From IMG/VR virus record IMGVR_UViG_3300009103_000041, positions 1 to 56,198 of that record: a stretch of 56,198 nucleotides of DNA; one strand, 5' to 3'. Position numbers and translations under genes: made by a program. Below are positions 17,471 to 26,818 of the stretch, piece by piece. Positions within the stretch are counted from its first letter, which is position 1, and each line of letters starts with the position of its first letter. This DNA comes from a virus. Its lineage: Duplodnaviria; Caudoviricetes. The notes below the pieces were generated by a model, which saw only the letters and a program-made list of their open reading frames with translations, did not search any database and had not been told where the DNA came from.

Positions 17471-18696
17471 CGTGATTCGGACTCCCAGCCTTTGATTATG
17501 TTTTTACTAAAATTATTATAACTGAATTCCATTCGGTCAACAATTTTGACGGCACCGTTAGTTAAATGGTCAATAGCAACATATCCTTCGGCACCTGTTA
17601 CTTTAAACCCATCTTTAGTCTTTACAAAAGTATTTATACTATCCATGCTATCTAAATGTGTTAATAGCTTCCTCTTAGCGTACACAAGTTCATTCTGCAT
17701 GTCAAACATGGTTATTAAATTAGCTTTATTATCATCATTAAACCATTCAAGAGCGGCTATCTTTGCTGCTTCTTTCTTGGCTTTGCCAGCATCTGACTTT
17801 AATTTTTCTATTTCATTATCAAATCTATTATGAATCCATTGAATTAATTCTTCAGCGTGTTGCGACGTGTTGCTAATCTCACTTTGCGTTCTAACCTTCG
17901 TGTTTCGAAAGGTATTAATAAATAAATTAATATCTTTATTTGTAGATACGTCTTTAAGCGCGTTAGCGGAGATTTTCTGAAAGAGTTTTCCAGCATTGGA
18001 TATATGTGTGGTAATTTCATCTGTTTCCTTTTTGGTTAATGTGGCAACACCAGAAATATCTGGGAAGCTAGCAGATTTCTGCCATACACTCCTAGGTTTT
18101 TTAAATGCTGCTATAGATGGAGCGAAGCTTGCACTCATTGATGCAAAGTCAGCTCCTGAGTAATAAGTATGCCACACTACGCCAATCTTTGCCGCTTTAA
18201 TTTCTTTAGCCGCTTCAATGGGTACTGCATATACTATAGTGTTTGGGTGGAAAGTGACATATTTCTTTCCATCAATTGTCTGTGTCTTAAGGTCTTTTTT
18301 AGTAAACATAATGTCACCTTGGTAGACCCCTTGTCTTATACCAAGTTTCTTTAATTCTTGAAATGCTACTGTAAGTTTAGCTGCTAAATCACCCTTTGTA
18401 TCGGCTTTAACTTCTTTAACGCTCTTATATACCATAGGATTCTTATTGAATATTCCTTTTTTAGCAACAAAAAATTTACCATCACTTGGGTCAATACCAG
18501 CAAATACCGCAGGTGCTCCATCCCATTTAACAGTAACTTCTTTATTAGCATTAGTGGTACCAGCCAACATATCTCTTAAATCTCTTAAAGCAAATATTGC
18601 GGCACGTGCACCAGTCACACCACCATCTATAACCATATCTTCTATATGGACCATGTGTGTGTTCTTAGCTTCTACTATATGTTTTTTAAAATTCAT
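17467..18696 (-). CDS. ATP-dependent ligase/nucleotidyltransferase-fold protein (DUF6267-like)
   Basis: VKWDG (motif I), YQGD (III), EGYV (IV), VKIV (V). Confidence 0.7.
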   Translation of the reverse strand: MNFKKHIVEAKNTHMVHIEDMVIDGGVTGARAAIFALRDLRDMLAGTTNANKEVTVKWDGAPAVFAGIDPSDGKFFVAKKGIFNKNPMVYKSVKEVKADTKGDLAAKLTVAFQELKKLGIRQGVYQGDIMFTKKDLKTQTIDGKKYVTFHPNTIVYAVPIEAAKEIKAAKIGVVWHTYYSGADFASMSASFAPSIAAFKKPRSVWQKSASFPDISGVATLTKKETDEITTHISNAGKLFQKISANALKDVSTNKDINLFINTFRNTKVRTQSEISNTSQHAEELIQWIHNRFDNEIEKLKSDAGKAKKEAAKIAALEWFNDDNKANLITMFDMQNELVYAKRKLLTHLDSMDSINTFVKTKDGFKVTGAEGYVAIDHLTNGAVKIVDRMEFSYNNFSKNIIKGWESESR

Positions 18697-20729
18697 ACTG
18701 GAAATTCCGTTATTTTATCTTCTGGAACAGTTGATGTACCTTCAATATTAAAATTGAATGCACTTGCTCCACTCTTTTTAAATGCTATCTTATGGTACTT
18801 TGCTATACCATTATCTAACTCAGCAAATATCCACATATTAATTACCCAATATGGATTTATTTTATGTGGTAATACAGCAGCCTTTAATACTTTAATTTGT
18901 TTACCATCTAACTCTGGATTTTTTTGGGTGATTTTACCAACAGTAATAACTTCATAATCGGCGGCACTTGGATTACCATACACCTTAACAACCGGCAAAT
19001 TGGTATCTCCCATAGACATAGCCTGATTTAAATCATTAATAACCTTTATACCATTTTTATTAACATCACTTATAATATCATTAATAATTTGGAAAGATAT
19101 TACATTAGCCACTAAGAAATTAATAGCACCTGGTTCTGTAATATCAAACTTTTGATTTTCTATTCTTACATCACATACATCAGTATTTTTATTTTTTGCA
19201 ACCGTGTTATAATGCTTCTTAATAACATTAGCATATTTTCTTGTAATAGCTGAGTCTTTAACAATAGCATTAAGCATTGCTCCCTGGGACATTTCATTTA
19301 ATACATCTTCTGCAATATATCCTTCACCAAGGAATTTACTTCTTTTAGTCATCCTTTCAATTTCTGTGAATGTAGACTTTTCATATCTCTTTGCTAACTT
19401 ACTTATAAATCCTTTAATCCTATTCCAATATTTAAGTACTGCAACCGCGGCTACTTTGAATTTTTTAAGAGCAGCGCCGCCAATTTGTTTCATTTTAGCA
19501 GCAGCACTTCCAAAAAATCCTTCTCGTAATAGTTGTTGATATTCAAGTTCTTCTCCAAACCAACTGGTATCAATACCAGCTCTAGCCATATTGTCTTGAG
19601 TATCTCCATCAACTGGGTATTTACCTTTAAGTAAGAATGTAATCTTACCAAGTTTAGCTTTACCCATTCCAAGTTTTAAAGATATTTGGTACCATTCAAT
19701 ACCATTACATGATAATTTACCGGTCTTTTCATCCATTATAATTGGACTATCACTCTTTAATGCCTTATATAATTCTGTTTCTGTACCATCAACAAGGACA
19801 CAGTCCGATGTGTTGTCTTTAATTGTACCCTCTATACCTTCTTTGTTTTTTAAGTTTGTATAATATGTTTTAATACCGGTCCAAATTACGTATGGTCTTT
19901 TAACATCAATTTTGTTTTTATAATAATGACTACCATTAACTAGGCTTATAACATCACTACCTAATGTTTTATCTGCATCAAGGTAGTCAACAAATTTCTG
20001 CCATTCTTTAATATAACTACGTATTTGGAAATCACCAACAATTTTTAAATCAGTTAATTGTTTTTTAAAGGTATTAGGAGTTAATGGACTTGGTATGAAT
20101 AATCCAATTGCTTGAAAGAATTCTAAAAAGTCTGTATTTGTAGCAATACCAAAATCAGATAACATCACAGATTTTTTATTTGAAACTGACCCCGTTCCCC
20201 ATATAAGTAATTCTGCTCCTCTTGCGGTATGTAAACTAGGAAATTCTTTATGTAAATCATCTAATTTATATTTCTTATTTAAAGTTGTATTAACTTTAAT
20301 CTTTCCACCTTTAGGATTAAATACTAAAGAACCTGGACCTAATTTTTTAAATAATTTATCAATATCGTCTTTCTGTTTAGAAGAATATGGTAAGGACTTA
20401 ATATCAGATTTATTTTCATATTCTAAATTATATGCTTCTGTAATACTCCAATCTTTTACTGCTTCATATCTGGTTTTTCTATTTAATACTTTAGCAAACT
20501 CTCTATGATTTAATTTAAAATGGTCGGCTGCTATGTCTCTCATTTTTTGGTCAGATACACCTCGCTTTTTCATATCTGCATTTTTCTTAAAGGAATGATA
20601 CATTGCTAATGCGCCTTTATACTTATCGGCATGAGCTATTCTATAAATTTTGCGCTTTATTTTTTTAGGAAGTAAGTCAACTAATCGCATTTGTGTTGTT
20701 TCATCTATGTGTTCTCTAAATCCTTGCAT
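18693..20729 (-). CDS. Large putative internal virion protein with nuclease-like core
   Basis: CTS-like N-terminus; NTSDCVL...YQISLK resembles a PD-(D/E)XK variant. Confidence 0.5.
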   Translation of the reverse strand: MQGFREHIDETTQMRLVDLLPKKIKRKIYRIAHADKYKGALAMYHSFKKNADMKKRGVSDQKMRDIAADHFKLNHREFAKVLNRKTRYEAVKDWSITEAYNLEYENKSDIKSLPYSSKQKDDIDKLFKKLGPGSLVFNPKGGKIKVNTTLNKKYKLDDLHKEFPSLHTARGAELLIWGTGSVSNKKSVMLSDFGIATNTDFLEFFQAIGLFIPSPLTPNTFKKQLTDLKIVGDFQIRSYIKEWQKFVDYLDADKTLGSDVISLVNGSHYYKNKIDVKRPYVIWTGIKTYYTNLKNKEGIEGTIKDNTSDCVLVDGTETELYKALKSDSPIIMDEKTGKLSCNGIEWYQISLKLGMGKAKLGKITFLLKGKYPVDGDTQDNMARAGIDTSWFGEELEYQQLLREGFFGSAAAKMKQIGGAALKKFKVAAVAVLKYWNRIKGFISKLAKRYEKSTFTEIERMTKRSKFLGEGYIAEDVLNEMSQGAMLNAIVKDSAITRKYANVIKKHYNTVAKNKNTDVCDVRIENQKFDITEPGAINFLVANVISFQIINDIISDVNKNGIKVINDLNQAMSMGDTNLPVVKVYGNPSAADYEVITVGKITQKNPELDGKQIKVLKAAVLPHKINPYWVINMWIFAELDNGIAKYHKIAFKKSGASAFNFNIEGTSTVPEDKITEFPV

Positions 20730-21394
20730 TAATTATCCCTCATCCATTGTTGAGCTATCTTATTCTTTGGCATAGTCTTAGACCATTTAGATATTGTACC
20801 ATATAATCTGCGTGTTTGTGCTGGTGTTTTTTCAAATACTGAATTATCTACTTCAAAAAATAATTTACCAAACATTTTTCTGTATCTATTAATATTTTTT
20901 TCAACTGATTTATGCATTGAAGTTATCATTTTAGGACCAAGACTTCTACCACCAGTTGCGCCTCTCATATCGTCGTTCTCAATAGCAGATTCTAAACTTG
21001 TTGAGACATATATCATAGCACATTCATAACCCTTTGCTTCTAATTCTTTCTTTTGAGTTGCAATTTTACCTACATTACGAGCAGTTCCATCAATAACAAG
21101 ACCTAATCTACCTATCTCGGCATGCCTTTTCTTTGATTGACTATGTTTTTTTGCAACGGCTCTTGTTACATCTCTTTGGAATTGCTGGTCAACATTTAAT
21201 ACTAAATCTAAAAAAGCATCTTTCATATAACGAGTAAATTCATTATCTGAATTAATTTCTTTATATCCAAGCTGGCCAGGCAAAGCTAGTTCTTTTGCGA
21301 CATGAGATTTACCTGCTCCAGGTGAGCCGGCCATAAATACTGCGTGGAAAATTGATGGGTCGTTCCTACCCTCAAAAACTTTAAATGACTGCAT
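20729..21394 (-). CDS. P-loop kinase (zeta toxin/PNK-like)
   Basis: MAGSPGAGKS Walker A, INSD, VIDGT. Confidence 0.8.
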   Translation of the reverse strand: MQSFKVFEGRNDPSIFHAVFMAGSPGAGKSHVAKELALPGQLGYKEINSDNEFTRYMKDAFLDLVLNVDQQFQRDVTRAVAKKHSQSKKRHAEIGRLGLVIDGTARNVGKIATQKKELEAKGYECAMIYVSTSLESAIENDDMRGATGGRSLGPKMITSMHKSVEKNINRYRKMFGKLFFEVDNSVFEKTPAQTRRLYGTISKWSKTMPKNKIAQQWMRDN

Positions 21395-21425
21395 TAATAA
21401 ACCTATATAAAATTAGATATAAAGC

Positions 21426-21433
21426 TATTTATA
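21426..21433 (-). promoter_or_regulatory. T4 late promoter heading the 21394-15125 operon
   Basis: Exact TATAAATA 32 nt upstream of the kinase ATG. Confidence 0.7.
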
Positions 21434-21436
21434 TCT

Positions 21437-21709
21437 TTATAGGTTTTTAATGATTTTATTCAGATTTCTAATCTTACTATATTTTTTTAGCTTTTGCAGC
21501 TTAGGTTCTATATTATCATGAATGTTATTGAACTTAACGTATCCATAAAATTCAAGAATCATCATTACAGCCATTAAATCGCCTAGTTCTTTTTCTAATT
21601 TAGCGACATTTACTTCATCATAAGGGCCAAATCTAATTAATTTTGCGGTTGCTTGACTAACTTCAGCAGCCTCTTCTGACAATATAGTCAGTGTTTCTTT
21701 AATATTCAT
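21437..21709 (-). CDS. MazG-like NTP pyrophosphohydrolase
   Basis: EEAAEV...EKELGDL (ExxE...ExxD). Confidence 0.7.
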   Translation of the reverse strand: MNIKETLTILSEEAAEVSQATAKLIRFGPYDEVNVAKLEKELGDLMAVMMILEFYGYVKFNNIHDNIEPKLQKLKKYSKIRNLNKIIKNL

Positions 21710-22032
21710 TATTTTTTAGGACCTAATATATAGTCCTGTTTCTCCATAGCATCATCCAAGATGCTTTTTAATATATCTCCTGCAGCAGCATTAAATTCAG
21801 GTTTACCATGAGGGTCATCTAAATTTGGATAATCTACTATTTCATAATCAAAATTTATAGATTGAGTGGTCTCATTAAGTTTAATAGATTCATATCTATA
21901 AATCACACCATGAAATTCGCCACCATCTAATCTTATATACCAATGGTCATCATTTCTACCGTGTTGGTCTACAAACGTCCATCTATTAAATGGAATAAAT
22001 TTAGGTTTTCTCTTGGCCATTTCTTCTCTCAT
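21709..22032 (-). CDS. Hypothetical T4-like protein
   Basis: GEFHGVIYRY...FDY...GDIL; true start may be MAKRK at 22020. Confidence 0.65.
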   Translation of the reverse strand: MREEMAKRKPKFIPFNRWTFVDQHGRNDDHWYIRLDGGEFHGVIYRYESIKLNETTQSINFDYEIVDYPNLDDPHGKPEFNAAAGDILKSILDDAMEKQDYILGPKK

Positions 22033-22222
22033 AAGGTATTGCTACCCACCAATCAATTACCATTGCCACTAAAGATATAACAATCATAATAATATATAAT
22101 ATTATAAAGGCAACTATAAAGATTGGTAGTATTATTATTGATGCTATCCATTCCTTTGTATTATCGATGTCCACTTGTGCACCTTTTGGAATTTGGATGA
22201 CGCTTACATCTAAACGTACCAT
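22001..22222 (-). CDS. Small membrane protein (start uncertain)
   Basis: Long hydrophobic stretch. Confidence 0.45.
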   Translation of the reverse strand: MVRLDVSVIQIPKGAQVDIDNTKEWIASIIILPIFIVAFIILYIIMIVISLVAMVIDWWVAIPYERRNGQEKT

Positions 22223-22301
22223 GACTTAAACGTTTTTTAGAGATTATATTTTTATTATGGTCCCTTTTAAATTTAACATGTGGTATTAATGTTTTACTCA
22301 T
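22161..22301 (-). CDS. 46-aa basic Cys/His peptide
   Basis: MSKTLIPHVKF...FRCKRHPNSKRC; start reassigned because an upstream ORF occupies 22294-22470. Confidence 0.5.
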   Translation of the reverse strand: MSKTLIPHVKFKRDHNKNIISKKRLSHGTFRCKRHPNSKRCTSGHR

Positions 22302-22470
22302 CGTCATTATCCTTTGGGTGACCAGTCTTAGGGTCAACTGGATGTAATTTTTTAAATAAATCAACATGGTCATGAGGGTGGTCTTTACTATGGACAACCT
22401 CTGGTAATCCATCCCAGAATTTCTTATACTTATATCCTTTATATTTTGCGTTGTCTGATAGTTTAGTCAT
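22294..22470 (-). CDS. 58-aa His-rich hypothetical protein
   Basis: Not in the ORF track; MTKLSDNAKYKGY...HPHDH; fills the gap and overlaps the dCMP deaminase stop. Confidence 0.5.
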   Translation of the reverse strand: MTKLSDNAKYKGYKYKKFWDGLPEVVHSKDHPHDHVDLFKKLHPVDPKTGHPKDNDDE

Positions 22471-22960
22471 CTTCTACATCTACTAAATACATTACTTCAG
22501 CCTCTGCAAAAATTGCTTCAGCCAGCTTATTTGATTTATCCCATTCAGAATTATATATTTTAGGTCTTGTAGCAATGACTTTTTTAATTCCAACTTGAAT
22601 AATACCCTTAGCACATTCATTACAAATAGGTAATCCATAAACATATAGAGTGGCATCCTTTAAAGATACACCAGTAAGAGAAGCATTATATATAGCATTC
22701 ATTTCTGCATGAACAACTAATTCATATTTTCTTTCCCTATCAGCCCATCTTTCTTCAGTATCGCGTATTCTTCTTGGGAAACCATTATACCCTTGAGTTA
22801 ATACTTGACCATCTTTACCAATAATAACTGCACCAACTTGTGTGCTTGGGTCCTTTGACCATGTAGATATTTCTTTTGCCAAATCTTTATATCGCTGTCC
22901 CCATTCTTGTGGTGATATTGAATTTACGTTTTGGTAGTTACTCATATTTAAATCCCTCAT
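22463..22960 (-). CDS. cd: dCMP deaminase
   Basis: SKDPSTQVGA, GYNG, HAEMNA, PICNEC. Confidence 0.93.
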   Translation of the reverse strand: MRDLNMSNYQNVNSISPQEWGQRYKDLAKEISTWSKDPSTQVGAVIIGKDGQVLTQGYNGFPRRIRDTEERWADRERKYELVVHAEMNAIYNASLTGVSLKDATLYVYGLPICNECAKGIIQVGIKKVIATRPKIYNSEWDKSNKLAEAIFAEAEVMYLVDVEDD

Positions 22961-24305
22961 ATTTATTTATTGTCTCTGGCTCGTCCCTTACATTTAATTC
23001 ATGCTTAACACCCAAAGTTTGAGCACTATCTTCCACATCATATAATCTCATCTTAGCCCTATCAACACCTATAACAAACTTTTTATTTTTACCAGTTGGG
23101 TCATTATATCTATTCTTAAGTTGTTTAATCATTAATTGATTTAAGTCTTCTAACTCATCAGTAGATATAATAGCAAACATTAAATCTGCTGTTGCTGGCA
23201 AACCAAATGATTCTGATGTATCTTCAAGTCCAATATCTGAACTGGCGAACCCAGAACGAGTGGTTTGTGTGGCAGTGACAATAGGTAAATTATACTCTAC
23301 TGCCATGCCACGCAATTCTTCAGCAATTGCTTTCACATAAGTATATGAATTAATTGCTCCACCAAGAGCCTTCATTCTTGAACTTGCACATATATTTAAA
23401 TAATCTACACAAATTAAATCAGGTTTAAAGTCTCTCTTAATTTTTAATTCTTTTAATAATGCTCTAAAGTGAATAGCACTTGCTGCTCCTGTAGGATATT
23501 CCTTAACAATTAATTTACCTACACCTTTATCGGTTAGCTTATGCATCTTCTTATCAAACATATCCTTTGACAAATTTTCTAACTGGTCAAGAGGAACATT
23601 CATAAGGTTAGCATCTATTCTCTCAGCAATCCGTTCTTCAGCCATCTCCATAGTTATATATAAAACATTTTTAAATTGGGTTAAAGCGCCGGCTGCTACG
23701 TGACACATAAATAGTGATTTACCTACACCAGTACCTGCCAGAGCCACGTTCAGTGACTTATTAACTAAGCCTCCTTTGGTTATCTCATTGAATTTTACTA
23801 AGTCAAATGGTAGATGTTCCTCTGCTCTATGGTAAAATTCATACCTAGCATCTGAATCATCAACATAATCATGCCCAACCCTTAAGTCAAAATTAACTTG
23901 AAGAGCTTCAGATAATACCTCGGGTAATGCATTCTTGTCTAATGTATCGTGTTTGCCCTCTATAATATTAATAGAGTCCATGATTGCTAGATAGATTGCC
24001 CTATCTTGACACCATTTTTCTGTATGTTCTATTAACCATTCAACAGTTTGCTCACCTTCTTGAACACTAATTTCAGGAATAAGAGCTAAAGAATCTGAAC
24101 CAACCTTTGGATTATTTCTAAGTTCGATTGATAATGCATCGGCACTTGGTAACTTAGAAAATTTATTGACAAAAGAAACTATCTCATTAAAGACAGCCCT
24201 ATAAGGTTCTTCAAAGTATTTAAGTTTTAAGTGTGGGATTACATTTCTAGTATAATCCTCATTCAACATTAAATTTCTAAGGATTAATGTCTCAATCTTC
24301 ATCAT
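22938..24305 (-). CDS. gp41: Replicative DnaB-like helicase (gp41)
   Basis: AGTGVGKS, EMAEE, KEYPT, VDYLNI, ATQTTR, SESFGLP. Confidence 0.97.
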   Translation of the reverse strand: MMKIETLILRNLMLNEDYTRNVIPHLKLKYFEEPYRAVFNEIVSFVNKFSKLPSADALSIELRNNPKVGSDSLALIPEISVQEGEQTVEWLIEHTEKWCQDRAIYLAIMDSINIIEGKHDTLDKNALPEVLSEALQVNFDLRVGHDYVDDSDARYEFYHRAEEHLPFDLVKFNEITKGGLVNKSLNVALAGTGVGKSLFMCHVAAGALTQFKNVLYITMEMAEERIAERIDANLMNVPLDQLENLSKDMFDKKMHKLTDKGVGKLIVKEYPTGAASAIHFRALLKELKIKRDFKPDLICVDYLNICASSRMKALGGAINSYTYVKAIAEELRGMAVEYNLPIVTATQTTRSGFASSDIGLEDTSESFGLPATADLMFAIISTDELEDLNQLMIKQLKNRYNDPTGKNKKFVIGVDRAKMRLYDVEDSAQTLGVKHELNVRDEPETINKYEGFKYE

Positions 24306-25353
24306 CCCAACCTTCTTCTAGGTGTGAGACTTTAATCATATCGGCATGGCCTATTTCATACTTACGTTTTAGAAAATCTTTAAAGTCTGTATTAGCAAAG
24401 ATAGGTTTCCAAAATGATTCCTTAAGTGTTTCAGCTTGACGAACCTTTTTATCTTCTATCTCTCCAGTCTTTTTATCAACCTTAGAGTACCAGCCCATAG
24501 TAGGTTTAACTACATAACCACCTTCCATTGCTGCATCTAATAGACCAGAATATGTTTCAATACCACCTTCCCATGTTACAGATATAGGAATCTTAGATTT
24601 TTCTTTAACAAACCTAGACTTTTCTACATTAATAATAAAATGATAACCTTGAATTTCAGTTCCCTTTTTCTCTTGTTGTCTACCAAGAATCCAGATATTA
24701 TCACTTGAGTAATAAATACCAGTACCACCTGATACAATAGCCTTAGGGAATAAACCAATCTCTTGATATGTGTGATTGACAGCAAGTAATGGAATATCTC
24801 TCATTGTGAGATATGGTGTGGTCATTCTAAATAAACCTTTAAGAGCTTTTGCTCTTGACATATCTGCTACGGATTTCTCACTCATAGTATCATCTAATTC
24901 TTTTTTAGAAGCTAAGTTACCAATAGAATCAATCATAATAATAACTTTATCTTTGCGTTCGATATTCTCTAATTGATTAATTAAATCAAACTTCAGTTCC
25001 TCAACATTAGTAATGGGACTATGGAGTACTCGGGAAGTGTCAATACCGAACGACTTAAAGTATTGCTGGGGTGAGCCAAATTCTGAATCATAAAATAATA
25101 GAACGGCATCTTTATATTTTTCTAAATAAGCAGCCGCTATTAATAATCCAAATGATGTTTTAAAATTCTTTGATGGTCCTGCCAATACAGTTAATCCCGA
25201 GGTTAGTCCACCATCAGGGTCGCCTGATAAAGCGACATTAATCATTGGAACCTTTGTTGGTACCATTTCTTGATTAGAAAAAATCTTGGATTTGTCAAGA
25301 GTATCAGTCTCTTTAATCCTAGAATTCTTTTGTAGTTTATCCATTATACCCAT
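24292..25353 (-). CDS. uvsX: RecA-like recombinase UvsX
   Basis: AGPSKNFKT, YDSEFG, DSIGNLASKKE, DMSRAK. Confidence 0.97.
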   Translation of the reverse strand: MGIMDKLQKNSRIKETDTLDKSKIFSNQEMVPTKVPMINVALSGDPDGGLTSGLTVLAGPSKNFKTSFGLLIAAAYLEKYKDAVLLFYDSEFGSPQQYFKSFGIDTSRVLHSPITNVEELKFDLINQLENIERKDKVIIMIDSIGNLASKKELDDTMSEKSVADMSRAKALKGLFRMTTPYLTMRDIPLLAVNHTYQEIGLFPKAIVSGGTGIYYSSDNIWILGRQQEKKGTEIQGYHFIINVEKSRFVKEKSKIPISVTWEGGIETYSGLLDAAMEGGYVVKPTMGWYSKVDKKTGEIEDKKVRQAETLKESFWKPIFANTDFKDFLKRKYEIGHADMIKVSHLEEGWDDED

Positions 25354-25517
25354 TATTTAGCCCTCATACCTTCATTAATTAATTCATCAATACGATTATT
25401 TAATACACCAATAGTTGTATGTAAATGTCCTGTTCCAGCAGGCTTAATTCTTTTAGTTAAAACTTCTACCTCTTTGCGAAGTACTTTAATTGCATTAATG
25501 ATTTCTTCATTTGCCAT
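25353..25517 (-). CDS. 54-aa hypothetical protein
   Basis: Not in the ORF track; MANEEIINAIKVLRKEVE...TGHLHTTIGVL; SD AGGAG; TAATG overlap with uvsX. Confidence 0.65.
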   Translation of the reverse strand: MANEEIINAIKVLRKEVEVLTKRIKPAGTGHLHTTIGVLNNRIDELINEGMRAK

Positions 25518-25548
25518 TTATATCTCCTATTATTTCAAGTATACTACT

Positions 25549-25578
25549 ATTATATCATAAATCTAAACAAAAGTAAAT
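25549..25578 (-). promoter_or_regulatory. Early promoter (class A) for the uvsX-gp41 unit
   Basis: TTTACT-N17-TATAAT with TG extension. Confidence 0.75.
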
Positions 25579-25582
25579 AGAT

Positions 25583-26818
25583 TTACATAAATTTATCTAA
25601 AGTTAATGGCTCACTTTCTAGGGATTTTGATTTATTATCTTGTATTATAAAGTCATCATATATCATTTCACATCCACCTTCTAAAAATCTTTTAATATTA
25701 TATGCCATATCCTCAGCAGTAGTCACTGGAACATTTTGACATAAGTGATTAAGATTTCTCTTTGGGTCTATCATAATAAAATCTTCTGGCAACTTCATAA
25801 CTGCCATTGCCTCTCTATATGTCAAGTATCTATCTTCATCTGGGTGAGTTAATTTAAAAGGTAGGTGAGCAACAAAAGCTCCAATAAAATCACATGGGAT
25901 TTCAGTACCTCTTCTCATTATATTAGCACCTTTAACTGATAATTTTTTATACATGGCTCTAGCTTTTTCAGCCTTTTCATTTTCATTAATAGTATCTAAC
26001 CAATCTGCATAGTCATTATAATTACTATGAACTTCTATATAGTCTTGAACATTAACACTTCTTTTTAGTGTCTTTTGAAAATCATAATGGCTCATACCAT
26101 TATGCAATACTTCCAATATATATCTGTAATGCAAATCATCTTTACTTGGTATATTTGGATTAGTTAATTCTGACATAGGGTCAGCCATATCAAATTTAGT
26201 ATTACGTATTAAGTCTTCTATTCTCTCATTAGGTCTATCATACCAATCAAACATAGGTATGGCATCTCCTTTCCAAAAGAAATAAAATGACCTGTCCCGT
26301 ACTTGACTTAATCCATGTAATATGCTTTTTGTTTTATATAAAGAAAATGTATAGCCATTCTTTTTTGCTAAAGCTCTTAATTTTTTTACAACCGGCTTGC
26401 CCAAATTGGTAGCTAACCTTGGAGCATTTTCTCCCCATAGTACCTTTGGACCTACTTCCTCTAAGATGTACTTTGCGGTCTTAGCCATATAATCATTTAT
26501 TTCTGCTTCACCTGATGGTGCAACATTTAAAGAAGAGAGACCAGCACATGGACATATAGTATTAACTACATCAACGTACTTTCCATTTTCACCTATTTGT
26601 TGACCATGCCAGATAAATGGTTCTTCTAATATATAATAAGGAACATAGTTTCTACCATCTTCAGGGTCACTGCATTGTTTCCTATAGTGTTCTACTATAT
26701 GCCTATCATTATTTACAAATTCTCTATATGACATCATGTATGCTGGCCTTTTGCCAAATACATTTTCCATTGCTATGGTTCCACCTCCAATAAGAGGTAC
26801 TATACTAGCCCATTTCAT
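25583..26818 (-). CDS. C5 cytosine DNA methyltransferase-like protein (atypical motif I)
   Basis: ICPCAGLS (IV), WGENAP (VI), QVRDR (VIII), RYLTYRE (IX), QNVP (X); motif I reads VPLIGGG. Confidence 0.75.
   Translation of the reverse strand: MKWASIVPLIGGGTIAMENVFGKRPAYMMSYREFVNNDRHIVEHYRKQCSDPEDGRNYVPYYILEEPFIWHGQQIGENGKYVDVVNTICPCAGLSSLNVAPSGEAEINDYMAKTAKYILEEVGPKVLWGENAPRLATNLGKPVVKKLRALAKKNGYTFSLYKTKSILHGLSQVRDRSFYFFWKGDAIPMFDWYDRPNERIEDLIRNTKFDMADPMSELTNPNIPSKDDLHYRYILEVLHNGMSHYDFQKTLKRSVNVQDYIEVHSNYNDYADWLDTINENEKAEKARAMYKKLSVKGANIMRRGTEIPCDFIGAFVAHLPFKLTHPDEDRYLTYREAMAVMKLPEDFIMIDPKRNLNHLCQNVPVTTAEDMAYNIKRFLEGGCEMIYDDFIIQDNKSKSLESEPLTLDKFM

Noticed and set aside
19490-19672. Nested minus-strand ORFs (also 48122-48349)
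   Set aside because: Out-of-frame inside longer supported genes
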